DNA of 64,000 nt from an uncultured cyanobacterium (GCA_963740315.1 CAVUDP010000002.1:1664001-1728000), one strand, 5' to 3'. Shown: positions 43,765-54,144, numbered from the stretch's first letter. The notes: a model not told the origin generated them from the letters alone. Made by a program: numbers and translations.

Positions 43765-46483
43765 GTTTCTTATTTATGAATCCCGGCAACGGGATTGAAA
43801 CATTGCATAAGACTTCCACAATAATTTAACCCATAAAGTTTCTTATTTATGAATCCCGGCAACGGGATTGAAACATATCTTTCTCATTTTTAGCTATTCG
43901 ATTCTCATGAGTTTCTTATTTATGAATCCCGGCAACGGGATTGAAACACATGATAATGATTCAAATTGGAATATCAAAAAGAAGTTTCTTATTTATGAAT
44001 CCCGGCAACGGGATTGAAACTTTTCATATAACTTTTCTTGTCTGCCTAAGACAGGTTTCTTATTTATGAATCCCGGCAACGGGATTGAAACATATCGAAT
44101 ACGTCTAATTCTTTACCATCAATTTTGTTTCTTATTTATGAATCCCGGCAACGGGATTGAAACGTAAAATCGTTTGTGCCGATCTGAAACTCTACAGCCT
44201 CCCTAGTTTCTTATTTATGAATCCCGGCAACGGGATTGAAACAATTCGCAACTGTTTACAAGCACAAGGACATCGAGGTTTCTTATTTATGAATCCCGGC
44301 AACGGGATTGAAACATAAATATTACTCGATGTTCTAATAAAAGTTAAAAGTTTCTTATTTATGAATCCCGGCAACGGGATTGAAACAAGAGTCTTAATTA
44401 TGTTAACTAGCTTCTGCTATAAGTTTCTTATTTATGAATCCCGGCAACGGGATTGAAACAGCCATTTTTATTGCAACTTGTTCATCTTTGATTTGTTTCT
44501 TATTTATGAATCCCGGCAACGGGATTGAAACCTGTGCATACTGCTTCAACCTTTCCCACACTATGGGTTTCTTATTTATGAATCCCGGCAACGGGATTGA
44601 AACTTCAGCTAAAGCCTTCAAAATTAGCTACTTTCCTTGTTTCTTATTTATGAATCCCGGCAACGGGATTGAAACCTGCAACATTACAAGCCATTTCAAA
44701 AGCAAGACTTAGTTTCTTATTTATGAATCCCGGCAACGGGATTGAAACGATTAATTCCCGCAGCGATCGAATCCACAGGTTTTGGTTTCTTATTTATGAA
44801 TCCCGGCAACGGGATTGAAACGAGAAAAACGTTCGTAGTTTTGCGGGCAATAAATCAGTTTCTTATTTATGAATCCCGGCAACGGGATTGAAACTTCGTT
44901 CTATGACTGATTCGGTTAAGAACATTGCCGGTTTCTTATTTATGAATCCCGGCAACGGGATTGAAACATTTTACGTTGTAAAGACCTGCTTTTAATTATA
45001 TACGGAATTGTTTCTTATTTATGAATCCCGGCAACGGGATTGAAACTTACGACTGTAGTTACAACTCCGCCAAATAAAGCAGTTTCTTATTTATGAATCC
45101 CGGCAACGGGATTGAAACCACTAAACAATCCCGCAAAAAGAATTCAACTTAGTGTTTCTTATTTATGAATCCCGGCAACGGGATTGAAACTAAGGAATAA
45201 TGCTTTAGCAACTCATTACAATAATGTTTCTTATTTATGAATCCCGGCAACGGGATTGAAACGAGAAACCTGCAATATTAGATGCAGTAAATATTACTGT
45301 TTCTTATTTATGAATCCCGGCAACGGGATTGAAACTTTTAATTGAGTTAGAAAGTCAGAGAATAATTTTGTTTCTTATTTATGAATCCCGGCAACGGGAT
45401 TGAAACATTATAAAAGATTTTAAATTGGTTTAATTCTTCTTCACGTTTCTTATTTATGAATCCCGGCAACGGGATTGAAACAAGTTAATCATTGCTTGCC
45501 CGGTCAATAAAACTTTTGTTTCTTATTTATGAATCCCGGCAACGGGATTGAAACATAGAGGAGAACTCTTAAACAAGCGCTATCGGACTATTTAGAGTTT
45601 CTTATTTATGAATCCCGGCAACGGGATTGAAACATTGCACGGTTGACCTCGTTTTTATCTAAAGACTTGTTTCTTATTTATGAATCCCGGCAACGGGATT
45701 GAAACATTTGAACGAAAATATCTCACACTAGCATTGCACGAGCTGGTTTCTTATTTATGAATCCCGGCAACGGGATTGAAACAAATCATCATTGCAAGCT
45801 GAACCTTTAACTGCTCCGAGTTTCTTATTTATGAATCCCGGCAACGGGATTGAAACATGTGACTTGTTGCTCTTCGATCGCTTCTTCTCAATAGTTTCTT
45901 ATTTATGAATCCCGGCAACGGGATTGAAACGGAAATAATCGCGATTAATAGAGATATATAGGCAGTGTTTCTTATTTATGAATCCCGGCAACGGGATTGA
46001 AACTAGATAAATACGTTGGTTCTGCTAATTCTTGTTTGGTTTCTTATTTATGAATCCCGGCAACGGGATTGAAACAATCTTTACCTTCGGCATATTTTTT
46101 GCCGGTCATGCGGTTTCTTATTTATGAATCCCGGCAACGGGATTGAAACGCCTCACCCGATGGTAAACGCCGAACACGGCAACGTTTCTTATTTATGAAT
46201 CCCGGCAACGGGATTGAAACGACTCCCATAGCCCGTTACCCAAATAAGTTTCCCTGTTTCTTATTTATGAATCCCGGCAACAGGATTGAAACTACTTTTT
46301 ACCAGTCATTTCTAAAACTTCCATTATACCATTTCTTTATAAAAATGCGCTGAATTTAGCCCACGCAGGTGGGCTTTGTTCGAGTAGCCCCACTCTTCTA
46401 GAGTGAGGGTGATTTAGCGCAGTCTCATACAGAATTGGTATTAGAAGTTTCTTATTTATAAATCCCGGCAACGGGATTGAAAC
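43765..46483 (+). CRISPR. CRISPR array 2, 36 repeats, same 37-bp repeat as array 1
   Basis: GTTTCTTATTTATGAATCCCGGCAACGGGATTGAAAC with unique spacers; last two repeats carry one mismatch each; further relics at 46521 and 47386; count is manual. Confidence 0.99.
46327..46440. mobile_element. 114-bp MITE inserted in a CRISPR spacer
   Basis: Imperfect ~29-bp inverted ends TACCA…TGGTA; TTA duplicated at 46324-46326 and 46441-46443; related sequence near 21760-21843. Confidence 0.8.
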
Positions 46484-46721
46484 GCCTCATTTATTTGGTT
46501 AACAATTTTAATATTTTGTGGTTTCTAATTTATCCTACTGGAAGGGCAGCATTCCAAATACCCCCCTCACAACCGCCTTGGAATAAATTCCCAGGCTCAT
46601 ATGCAAAGTCTGATAAATCAGACTAAGTAAGGCTTTTAGGGCGTTTTAACCGATATCTTGCACCATTGTTAGTGAGTCGCAAAACCCGCCTTGAAATTAA
46701 TTTTAATTAACCCATATCAAA

Positions 46722-47150
46722 GTAAGTTAAAACCCACTGTTAGCGCCTAGCGGAGCCTACCGTAGGTATTACGTATCCCTAGAACATAAACCATTATCAG
46801 TCGTCTTTAGATGACTTCGTTTATGAGCCTGGGAATTTATTCCAAGGCGGTTGTTGAGAATGGTGCAAGATGTAAGTTAAAACCCACTGTTAGCGTCTAG
46901 CGGAGCGTACCGTATGTATTACGTATCCGTGGAACATAAACCATTATCAGTCGTCTTTAGATGACTTCGTTTATGAGCCTGGGAATTTATTCCAAGGCGG
47001 TTGTTGAGAATGGTGCAAGATGTAAGTTAAAACCCACTGTTAGCGCCTAGCGGAGCGTACCGTAGGTATTACGTATCCGTAGAACATAAACCATTATCAG
47101 TCGTCTTTAGATGACTTCGTTTATGAGCCTGGGAATTTATTCCAAGGCGT
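46722..47150. repeat. Tandem repeat, 150-bp unit x~3
   Basis: GTAAGTTAAAACCCACTGTTAGCG… at 46722, 46872, 47022; includes an inverted copy of the GCCTTGGAATAAATTCCCAGGCT element at ~46575 (also at ~26525). Confidence 0.9.
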
Positions 47151-47385
47151 TTGTAAGACTCCCGGAGCTATTAAGCAATTGTGAATTTTTTGGAATTAAG
47201 TAAGTGAACAAAAATATTTACCGTCATTGCGAGCGAAGCGAAGCAATCCCAGCCCTTGCGATTGCTTCATTTCACTTCGTTCCATTCGCAATGACATTGT
47301 GTAATTAATTATGTTTAACTACTTATAAGGCGATTTAGCGCAGCCTCATACAGAATTGGATAAGTAGGATTTGAAGCAAGTTAAA

Positions 47386-47422
47386 GTTTCTAATTAATAA
47401 ATCCCAACAACGGGATTGATAA
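47386..47422 (+). CRISPR. Isolated degenerate terminal repeat of array 2
   Basis: GTTTCTAATTAATAAATCCCAACAACGGGATTGATAA compared with consensus GTTTCTTATTTATGAATCCCGGCAACGGGATTGAAAC. Confidence 0.7.
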
Positions 47423-47430
47423 AAATATTA

Positions 47431-47616
47431 TTATTGTTGACGAATGCGTTTTTCCAATTCTGCTTCTGCTTCTTCAATCGTCATCGGAACAGAATTAACA
47501 GAAGCAGCACGTCTTCTATCTACGTAGGTATAAAATGCTTGTTTGTCTTCTGGATGCTCTCTAACATAAGACAACAATTCTGTATCTGACATTGTTTGAT
47601 AATTAAGCTGGTTCAT
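47431..47616 (-). CDS. Small protein, DUF6887-like
   Basis: NYQTMS..EL..YV.EH.ED..AF..YVDR pattern; translationally coupled to the upstream small ORF. Confidence 0.65.
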   Translation of the reverse strand: MNQLNYQTMSDTELLSYVREHPEDKQAFYTYVDRRRAASVNSVPMTIEEAEAELEKRIRQQ

Positions 47617-47789
47617 TGTATTAACACCTCCCCATTTGGAAGTATTTCAATTTGTAAGGTTTCTCCAACCAGAATTACAATCCGTTGAACACGTTCATCA
47701 TACCGAACCAAATTGATTGATTGAAGCAAATTACTTGTCCTTACTGCGACTCGGTATAGAGATTTTAGTTGCTGGGCTGTTGGCTCCAT
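47613..47789 (-). CDS. Small protein (58 aa), DUF6888-like; absent from ORF track
   Basis: MEPTAQQLKSLYRVAVRTSNLLQSINLVRYDERVQRIVILVGETLQIEILPNGEVLIQ*; ATGA overlap with the downstream gene. Confidence 0.65.
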   Translation of the reverse strand: MEPTAQQLKSLYRVAVRTSNLLQSINLVRYDERVQRIVILVGETLQIEILPNGEVLIQ

Positions 47790-47861
47790 ATTTACCCTGG
47801 ATTCTTGAAATTATAAACAAGCGTCACAGAAATATCAATTCAACCGCTCAAATAATAGAAA

Positions 47862-47895
47862 TTATCATTTTTTGACTACAATCTAAAAAAATGAT
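47862..47895 (+). promoter_or_regulatory. Palindromic putative operator upstream of the WYL gene
   Basis: ATCATTTTTT-N12-AAAAAATGAT ending about 10 bp before the ATG; left 18 bp also present upstream of cas3'. Confidence 0.5.
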
Positions 47896-47904
47896 TAAAG
47901 TATT

Positions 47905-48870
47905 ATGCCTGCTAAAACCAGCTATAACCAGATTGCATTTGCCTTTTTAATCCTGCAATTATTAGCCGAAAAGCCCAGAAAGCGAGACGAATTATCGGAA
48001 TTGCTCTCCGGTATCTTGGAAAAACAAGGTAAATCTGATGGCGATACCCTTCAAAAACTGACGCGCACAATTCGCAAGCTTCGAGACTGCGGTATTGAAA
48101 TCAAAAGCGCTCCCCATCATCCTTACGAACTTGTAGAATCAAATTTTCCCGTGATTCTTTCTACCGAGCAACGACAAGCTTTAGCAATAGCGGCTTATTT
48201 CCTTGCAGATATGGGTTTCTCGAAGGAAGCAAGCCAAATTAAACGCATCGGAAATATTACAGAGTTAGATATTCCAGGGTTTATTAAAGCCGATTTTAGT
48301 CCTCCGGTTGACTATAGCGAAGAGAAGTTAGATGATATTGTTCGCGAACTTCAAAAACGATTTGTAGAACAACGCCGCTATACAATTCGGTATCAAAGCA
48401 AACCCGGACAAGGACGGATCTGGGATATCGATCGCTCGGAATTACGACTGCACAATGGCAGTTTGTATTTGTTTGCCTTCATACCTGACTGGCGTTCCTG
48501 GCGTTTTGACTATTGGCGCAACATCGACCAAAACCATATTTTCCGCCTCGATAGAATTACTAACGTTGGTGCAGCATCCGATACTCATTGGACATCCAGC
48601 GATTTCCCCACTTTAAAAGTACGCTATCGCATGAGTGGAGCATTATGCAATTATCAACCGCGCCGTAAAGATGAAGTTATTATTTGCCAGAATTCTGAAG
48701 AAAAATATTGTGAAATCGAAGCCACAATTGACTATTGGTTTTGGTTTCGTCAGCGGATTTTGAAATATGGAGCAAATGCTCAAATTCTCAGCCCAGAAAA
48801 TTTAGTTGATGACATCGATCGCGAGTATATTAAAATATGTGAGAGATTATCTGTTAATAAAAACAGTTAA
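47905..48870 (+). CDS. WYL-domain (wHTH-WYL-WCX) transcriptional regulator associated with type I-D cas
   Basis: N-terminal HTH (LTRTIRKLRDCG), LYLFA…FRLDRI WYL core, C-terminal RILKYGANAQILSP. Confidence 0.88.
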   Translation: MPAKTSYNQIAFAFLILQLLAEKPRKRDELSELLSGILEKQGKSDGDTLQKLTRTIRKLRDCGIEIKSAPHHPYELVESNFPVILSTEQRQALAIAAYFLADMGFSKEASQIKRIGNITELDIPGFIKADFSPPVDYSEEKLDDIVRELQKRFVEQRRYTIRYQSKPGQGRIWDIDRSELRLHNGSLYLFAFIPDWRSWRFDYWRNIDQNHIFRLDRITNVGAASDTHWTSSDFPTLKVRYRMSGALCNYQPRRKDEVIICQNSEEKYCEIEATIDYWFWFRQRILKYGANAQILSPENLVDDIDREYIKICERLSVNKNS

Positions 48871-49001
48871 AATCCAAATTAAACTAATTCTAAAAAAATG
48901 AATAAACAATGAATAAATAATGATAAAACAATGATAAATGTAATTCAAACAAATCGACTATAATTCAAAAATAGTTTAAATTATTATTAAATTATTAACA
49001 A

Positions 49002-49559
49002 ATGGAATTATCAAGTTCGATTCTACTTGCTTTTGGGCTAGCTGCTGACGCTTGTGCAGTCTCTTTAAGTAGTGGATTGACTATTAAAAATATCAAAATT
49101 TCTAAAGCAATTAAAATAGCGCTTTTCTTTGGTATATTTCAAGCCTTTATGCCTTTAATTGGTTGGCTGGTTGGATTAAGTATCAGAAGTTTTGTAATTA
49201 GTTTCAACCATTGGATAATATTTGGTATACTTAGCTATCTTGGCGGAAAGATGATTTTGGAATCGTTTGCAGATGATAACGATGAAAAACCAAAGTTTAA
49301 TTGTTTAGAAAATTACACTCTAATAGCCTTATCAATTGCCACTAGTATTGATGCCTTCGCCGCCGGATTGGGATTATCAATTTTAAAAAGTTCTATTTTA
49401 TTTACAGCTACCATAATTGGTTTTATCACCTTTGTTTTATCATTTATAGCGGTTTATATTGGTCATTTTTGTGGCGATATGTTCAAACAGAAAGTAGAGG
49501 CGATCGGCGGGGCTAGCTTGGTTTTTCTAGGAACGAAGATATTAATTGAAGGTTTCTGA
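49002..49559 (+). CDS. mntP: Manganese efflux pump MntP family
   Basis: GLAADACAVS, FGIFQAFMPLIGW, IATSIDAFAAG motifs. Confidence 0.88.
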   Translation: MELSSSILLAFGLAADACAVSLSSGLTIKNIKISKAIKIALFFGIFQAFMPLIGWLVGLSIRSFVISFNHWIIFGILSYLGGKMILESFADDNDEKPKFNCLENYTLIALSIATSIDAFAAGLGLSILKSSILFTATIIGFITFVLSFIAVYIGHFCGDMFKQKVEAIGGASLVFLGTKILIEGF

Positions 49560-49586
49560 TAATTGTTCGTAGTAAGGGCTTTAGCC

Positions 49587-50443
49587 CTCACCCCCATTTA
49601 TCAAAGGATTAAAATCCTTACTACGAACCTTATTTAACTAAGGCGATCGCTCCTCATCCCCATTTAGAAAAGGACTAAAATCCTTACTACGAACCTTATT
49701 TAACTAAGGCGATCGCTCCTCATCCCCATTTATCAAAGGATTAAAATCCTTACTACGAACCTTATTTAACTAAGGCGATCGCTCCTCATCCCCATTTATA
49801 AAAGGACTAAAGTCCTTACTACGAACCTTATTTAACTAAGGCGATCGCTCCTCACCCCCATTTATCAAAGGATTAAAATCCTTACTACGAACCTTATTTA
49901 ACTAAGGCGATCGCTCCTCATCCGCATTTAGAAAAGGACTAAAGTCCTTACTACGAACCTTATTTAACTAAGGCGATCGCTCCTCACCCCCATTTATCAA
50001 AGGATTAAAATCCTTACTACGAACCTTATTTAACTAAGGCGATCGCTCCTCACCCCCATTTATCAAAGGATTAAAATCCTTACTACGAACCTTATTTAAC
50101 TAAGGCGATCGCTCCTCATCCCCATTTATCAAAGGATTAAAATCCTTACTACGAACCTTATTTAACTAAGGCGATCGCTCCTCATCCGCATTTATCAAAG
50201 GATTAAAATCCTTACTACGAACCTTATTTAACTAAGGCGATCGCTCCTCACCCCCATTTATCAAAGGATTAAAATCCTTACTACGAACCTTATTTAACTA
50301 AGGCGATCGCTCCTCACCCCCATTTATCAAAGGATTAAAATCCTTACTACGAACCTTATTTAACTAAGGCGATCGCTCCTCATCCCCATTTATAAAAGGA
50401 TTAAAATCCTTACTACAAACCTTATTTAACTAAGGCGATCGCT
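49587..50443. repeat. Tandem repeat, ~66-bp unit x~13, each with a HIP1 site and a hairpin
   Basis: TTATTTAACTAAGGCGATCGCTCCTCA(T/C)CCCCATTTATCAAAGGATTAAAATCCTTACTACGAACC repeated; overlaps the 3' end of the next gene. Confidence 0.95.
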
Positions 50444-52632
50444 CTTTCTTTCAAACCTTCGGCTGTCAAACCGTTAAATGCCATCAATTCACCGGCGCTT
50501 GATGTAGTTTCCCCGCGTCTCCAGGCAAAGGTATCGCGCTTGCAATTACTCCGCAGCATTACGGGTTCTAACATTGCTGCTGCGCCACCTGTAACGCCAA
50601 TTAAGGCATCTGCATCGAATAATTCTGCAAATTTGGCATCATCGATAAAATCGCCGTCTGAGTGCGAACACAAATCCCAAGCTGTATCGTGGAGACGATA
50701 TAAACGACGGGGGTTTACAATGGAAACAATTTTACTTCCTATACCTTCACTTTGCAGATGTTCGGCTGCTTCGTATACTGGCTTTAACATCATGTCACCA
50801 ATGACTGCAAACACAACTTGCTTATCCCCGCTGGTTTCTTGCAACACCACCGCACCATCTTTTAAGGCTTGTCGGGTTTGTTCAAAGCTGGTACGAATTG
50901 GTAAGGGTGATTTACTCGCAGTTATGACAATTCCTTTATTTTTAGTAGTCAAAGCCCATTCGTAACAAGCTTGAATACTGTTGGCATCGGTGGGGAATAA
51001 GGGGAAAATATTACCGTTACGCATCATGGAAGCAAAGTAAGCTTCGATTTCCGGGCGTTGGTGAGTCCATCCGTTGCGTCCTTGCTCTAATGCACCGGCG
51101 GTAAATAAAGTTATAGTAGAAGGTGTAGCGCGGCGTAATTCTGCCATTGCTTGAGTTACAGTTTGCCAAATTGGTAAACCATTGACGGCAAAAGATTCGT
51201 AGGAACACCATAAACTGCGTCCCCCCATCAAGCATAAACCCGCAGCTAAACCAGCACAAGCATCTTCGCTCAAAGGTTCGTAAACTTGTCCTTGTGGTGC
51301 TTGGTTGTAATCATCATCTTGGGTGGGATGGATAATTTTTAAAGCTTGGTTGATATTGCCAATACCCGATGCGGCGTTTCCGTCAGCGTTGGTAACTAAG
51401 AAATTCTTGTCAGCTTGTCCCACCTTACCAACTAAAAGTCCCATCGCGGTGGTAGAAACTTTTGGCTCCCCACCAACTTCAAACTCTTCCAAAGCCAAAT
51501 CGCCCAACTCAGGTAATTGTAACTCAAATTCAGTCACCGCAGTCTTTGCAGCAGGACCACCACCAGCGCGATCGCAATTGTTTCGCACTAATTCCCAAGC
51601 TTCCACAGATAAAGCACGTTCTTTTAATGCTTCCATCATATGAGGTGCATCTAAAGTATCCTTGGGATAAAGGTTGTGGGATTTTGAACCAGTCGCGTGA
51701 ACTCCAGAACCTTTAAGCTGTTTAATAATAAATACGGTTAATTTTCCGCTGAGTGCTGACTTAGCTGCTTTATCAATTCCTTCCAATACAGCTTTAGTAA
51801 ATAGCAATCTTCTCTCAAAGGAAAATTCCGTACTATCAACATAGTCACCCGGCTGATTGCGATCGTCAAAGTCTTTAGCATCAACAATAACAACTTCTTC
51901 AAAACCATTACCAATCCAGTAATTTCCCATCTGATCGTTGGTTTTGAGCGAAACCATGCTGTGATGTTCCTGAGAGTAACCATTCCACACCAACACGGGT
52001 AGGAAATTGGTAACTTTGGGGAAAGCAGTATTAAAATGCGCGATCGCACTCATGATATAAGGTTCCCCCAAACCACCATCACCAACGGTAAAGGGGAACA
52101 ACTTACCTTTATTTAAATAAGCCGCAGCCATTGCAAAATGCTGACCTTGACCTAAAGGACCAGCAGGTGCGAGAATGCCAGGAATCATACCCGAAAGGTG
52201 TCCCAGCAAACCGTGTTTTTCCCGATAGCGATCGCGCAATTGTTGCACCGTGGTGATATCCATGTCCTCTAAAGAGCGATCGAGAAACATGGCACTATAG
52301 AATCCAGGGGCGTGGTGTCCCACTTCAGTCAAAATATTCTTGTAACCCAGCATGACTAAAGCAGCATAAGCTTCCGCTTGAGATGCAAAACCCCCTGGAT
52401 GTCCCGAAGATTTACTTCCAGTCACCTGTAATGTTAAATAACGTAAAGCATCGGCATAAAGTAAAGTTTGGTAAACAGCCGCGATATCTTGAGTGTTGCT
52501 AATAGCGGTTTTGCCTTCAGGAATGGCACTTTGCTTACCATACTTATCAAAATCAGGTTTAGCCTCCCCAAAATATTGAATACCTTCGCAAAACTTGGGA
52601 GCCGATGTTGCTTTTGGAGTAGTTGCTGTCAT
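50422..52632 (-). CDS. Phosphoketolase/transketolase-family ThDP enzyme
   Basis: SGHPGG, GHH, GPLGQG, ThDP motif GDGG…VWNG, LSEDAC, GRNGWTHQ. Confidence 0.85.
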   Translation of the reverse strand: MTATTPKATSAPKFCEGIQYFGEAKPDFDKYGKQSAIPEGKTAISNTQDIAAVYQTLLYADALRYLTLQVTGSKSSGHPGGFASQAEAYAALVMLGYKNILTEVGHHAPGFYSAMFLDRSLEDMDITTVQQLRDRYREKHGLLGHLSGMIPGILAPAGPLGQGQHFAMAAAYLNKGKLFPFTVGDGGLGEPYIMSAIAHFNTAFPKVTNFLPVLVWNGYSQEHHSMVSLKTNDQMGNYWIGNGFEEVVIVDAKDFDDRNQPGDYVDSTEFSFERRLLFTKAVLEGIDKAAKSALSGKLTVFIIKQLKGSGVHATGSKSHNLYPKDTLDAPHMMEALKERALSVEAWELVRNNCDRAGGGPAAKTAVTEFELQLPELGDLALEEFEVGGEPKVSTTAMGLLVGKVGQADKNFLVTNADGNAASGIGNINQALKIIHPTQDDDYNQAPQGQVYEPLSEDACAGLAAGLCLMGGRSLWCSYESFAVNGLPIWQTVTQAMAELRRATPSTITLFTAGALEQGRNGWTHQRPEIEAYFASMMRNGNIFPLFPTDANSIQACYEWALTTKNKGIVITASKSPLPIRTSFEQTRQALKDGAVVLQETSGDKQVVFAVIGDMMLKPVYEAAEHLQSEGIGSKIVSIVNPRRLYRLHDTAWDLCSHSDGDFIDDAKFAELFDADALIGVTGGAAAMLEPVMLRSNCKRDTFAWRRGETTSSAGELMAFNGLTAEGLKERAIALVK

Positions 52633-52880
52633 GCCGAATACCTAATATACGAAAAAATTGTAAATGCTGCTTTCTATTTAACAAAAATTTTACAACTTTA
52701 CGGCGATCGGCGTTGATTGCAATTTCTCTATGTATAGATAAATAATGGCAATGGGCATTGGGGATGGGGGATTGGGAAGAGTGAGGAGTGAGGAGTGAGG
52801 AGTTAAGAGTTAAGAGTAAGGAGTTTTGAATTTATAACTAGTAACTGTATTTTCGTAATCGTTCCAAAATTCTCAGATAT

Positions 52881-53010
52881 GTAAGTAGGTGAACAAAAAT
52901 ATTTACCGTCATTATTCGCTGTGCGAAGTAATCCCAGCCCTTGCGATTGCTTCGTTTCACTCCGTTCAACTCGCAATGACATTGTGTAATTAATTTTGTT
53001 TAATTACTTA
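52881..53010. repeat. Palindromic MITE/REP-like element
   Basis: Close copy at ~47198-47325 and partial copy at ~34405-34470 (GTCATTGCG…TTGCGATTGCTTCG…CGCAATGAC). Confidence 0.7.
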
Positions 53011-53046
53011 TATAGATGCCAAATCTGAGAAGTCTAAATAAAGATT

Positions 53047-53379
53047 ATGGAAATAATTATCGCATTAGTATTCATTTTCTTGATAGTAAAGCTTCTGTTT
53101 CCATCAGATAATTCCGGTAGAAGAAATAATTCTCGTCGTAATTCTTACAGTCATTGGAACGATGATACATATTGCGATCGCGATTCGGAAAGTTCTTCTG
53201 GTTTCGATTTGGGCGATTTATTTGGAGGTGGGGATTCACAGAGTAGCTACGATAGCGATGAGTGCGATCGTGATTACAGCGATAGTGAGGATGATAGCAG
53301 CGAAGACTGTAGCGATTTTAGTGATGATGAAAGCGACGAATGCGATCGTGAAGATGAAAGCGATGAATGCGATAGCTAG
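53047..53379 (+). CDS. Small membrane-anchored Asp/Ser-rich protein
   Basis: N-terminal hydrophobic helix, acidic tail with repeated ECD motifs. Confidence 0.55.
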   Translation: MEIIIALVFIFLIVKLLFPSDNSGRRNNSRRNSYSHWNDDTYCDRDSESSSGFDLGDLFGGGDSQSSYDSDECDRDYSDSEDDSSEDCSDFSDDESDECDREDESDECDS

Positions 53380-53520
53380 TAGGTTGGGTTAGACACGAAA
53401 AACAATTTGATTTGTAACAACAATATTATTAATCGTGTCGTAACCCAACATTAATATCTTAGATAAGTCAAAATTGAGTTGATTTCATATTGATGGTAAA
53501 GTATTACTAGCTGCCGCGAA

Positions 53521-53865
53521 CTAATTCAATGCGATTACTAAAATGTCATTTTTTTTCTCTAATTCCTTTGTAGAATCATCAATCATTCCTGCTCTAACGC
53601 TTTTTTATAGTAACCAGAAAGAAAAATTTCCTACTATTGGTAATGCAGTTAAAACAAAGAGTAAAATATTTATTAAATCAGTATTACTACTAATTTTTGT
53701 ATCAACTATCTTTTCAATTTGTTCTAATTGATTATTTGGTAAACCTGGATAAATACGATTATCAATTCGATTGCTGAAGACATTAGAAATAATAGCTATT
53801 CCTGGTATACACCAGATAATTAAAGCAAGTGCTGAAATTATAATCCCAAGTTGGTTAAAATTGAG
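53521..53865 (-). pseudogene. Fragment of a membrane-protein gene
   Basis: Frame FNQLGIIISAL…NILLFVLTALPIVGNFSFWLL*KSVRAG… with no start codon and in-frame TAA at 53605-53607. Confidence 0.4.
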
Positions 53866-53931
53866 GGAGCTTCAATTATGGACAACTAACAAGCGAAACG
53901 GCATAATAATTAAGTAAATATAATCGCACTT

Positions 53932-54141
53932 ATGAAAGTCTTCACTGCAATTGTAGAGCGAGATTCTGACACTAATCTTTACGTTGGCTATGTTCCTGGA
54001 TTTCCGGGAGCGCATTCCCAAGGAGAAACTTTAGACGAATTGCACGAGAATCTCCGCGAAGTAATTGAAATGCTTTTAGAGGATGAAAAAGTCGTATTTA
54101 AGACGGATTTTGTTGGTACGCAGCAGATTGTGGTTCAATGA
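53932..54141 (+). CDS. hicB: HicB-family antitoxin (short form)
   Basis: Y.GYVPGFPGAHSQGETLDEL..NLREVIE motif. Confidence 0.88.
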   Translation: MKVFTAIVERDSDTNLYVGYVPGFPGAHSQGETLDELHENLREVIEMLLEDEKVVFKTDFVGTQQIVVQ

Positions 54142-54144
54142 ACT

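Noticed and set aside
26611..46483. Self-targeting or duplicated spacers
   Set aside because: None noticed by eye, but this was not exhaustive; an all-vs-window alignment is required
48871..49001. yybP-ykoY manganese riboswitch upstream of mntP
   Set aside because: Region is extremely AT-rich with no visible stems; a covariance-model search would be needed to exclude it fully
49587..50443. 66-bp periodic repeat as a CRISPR array
   Set aside because: No unique spacers; units are near-identical throughout
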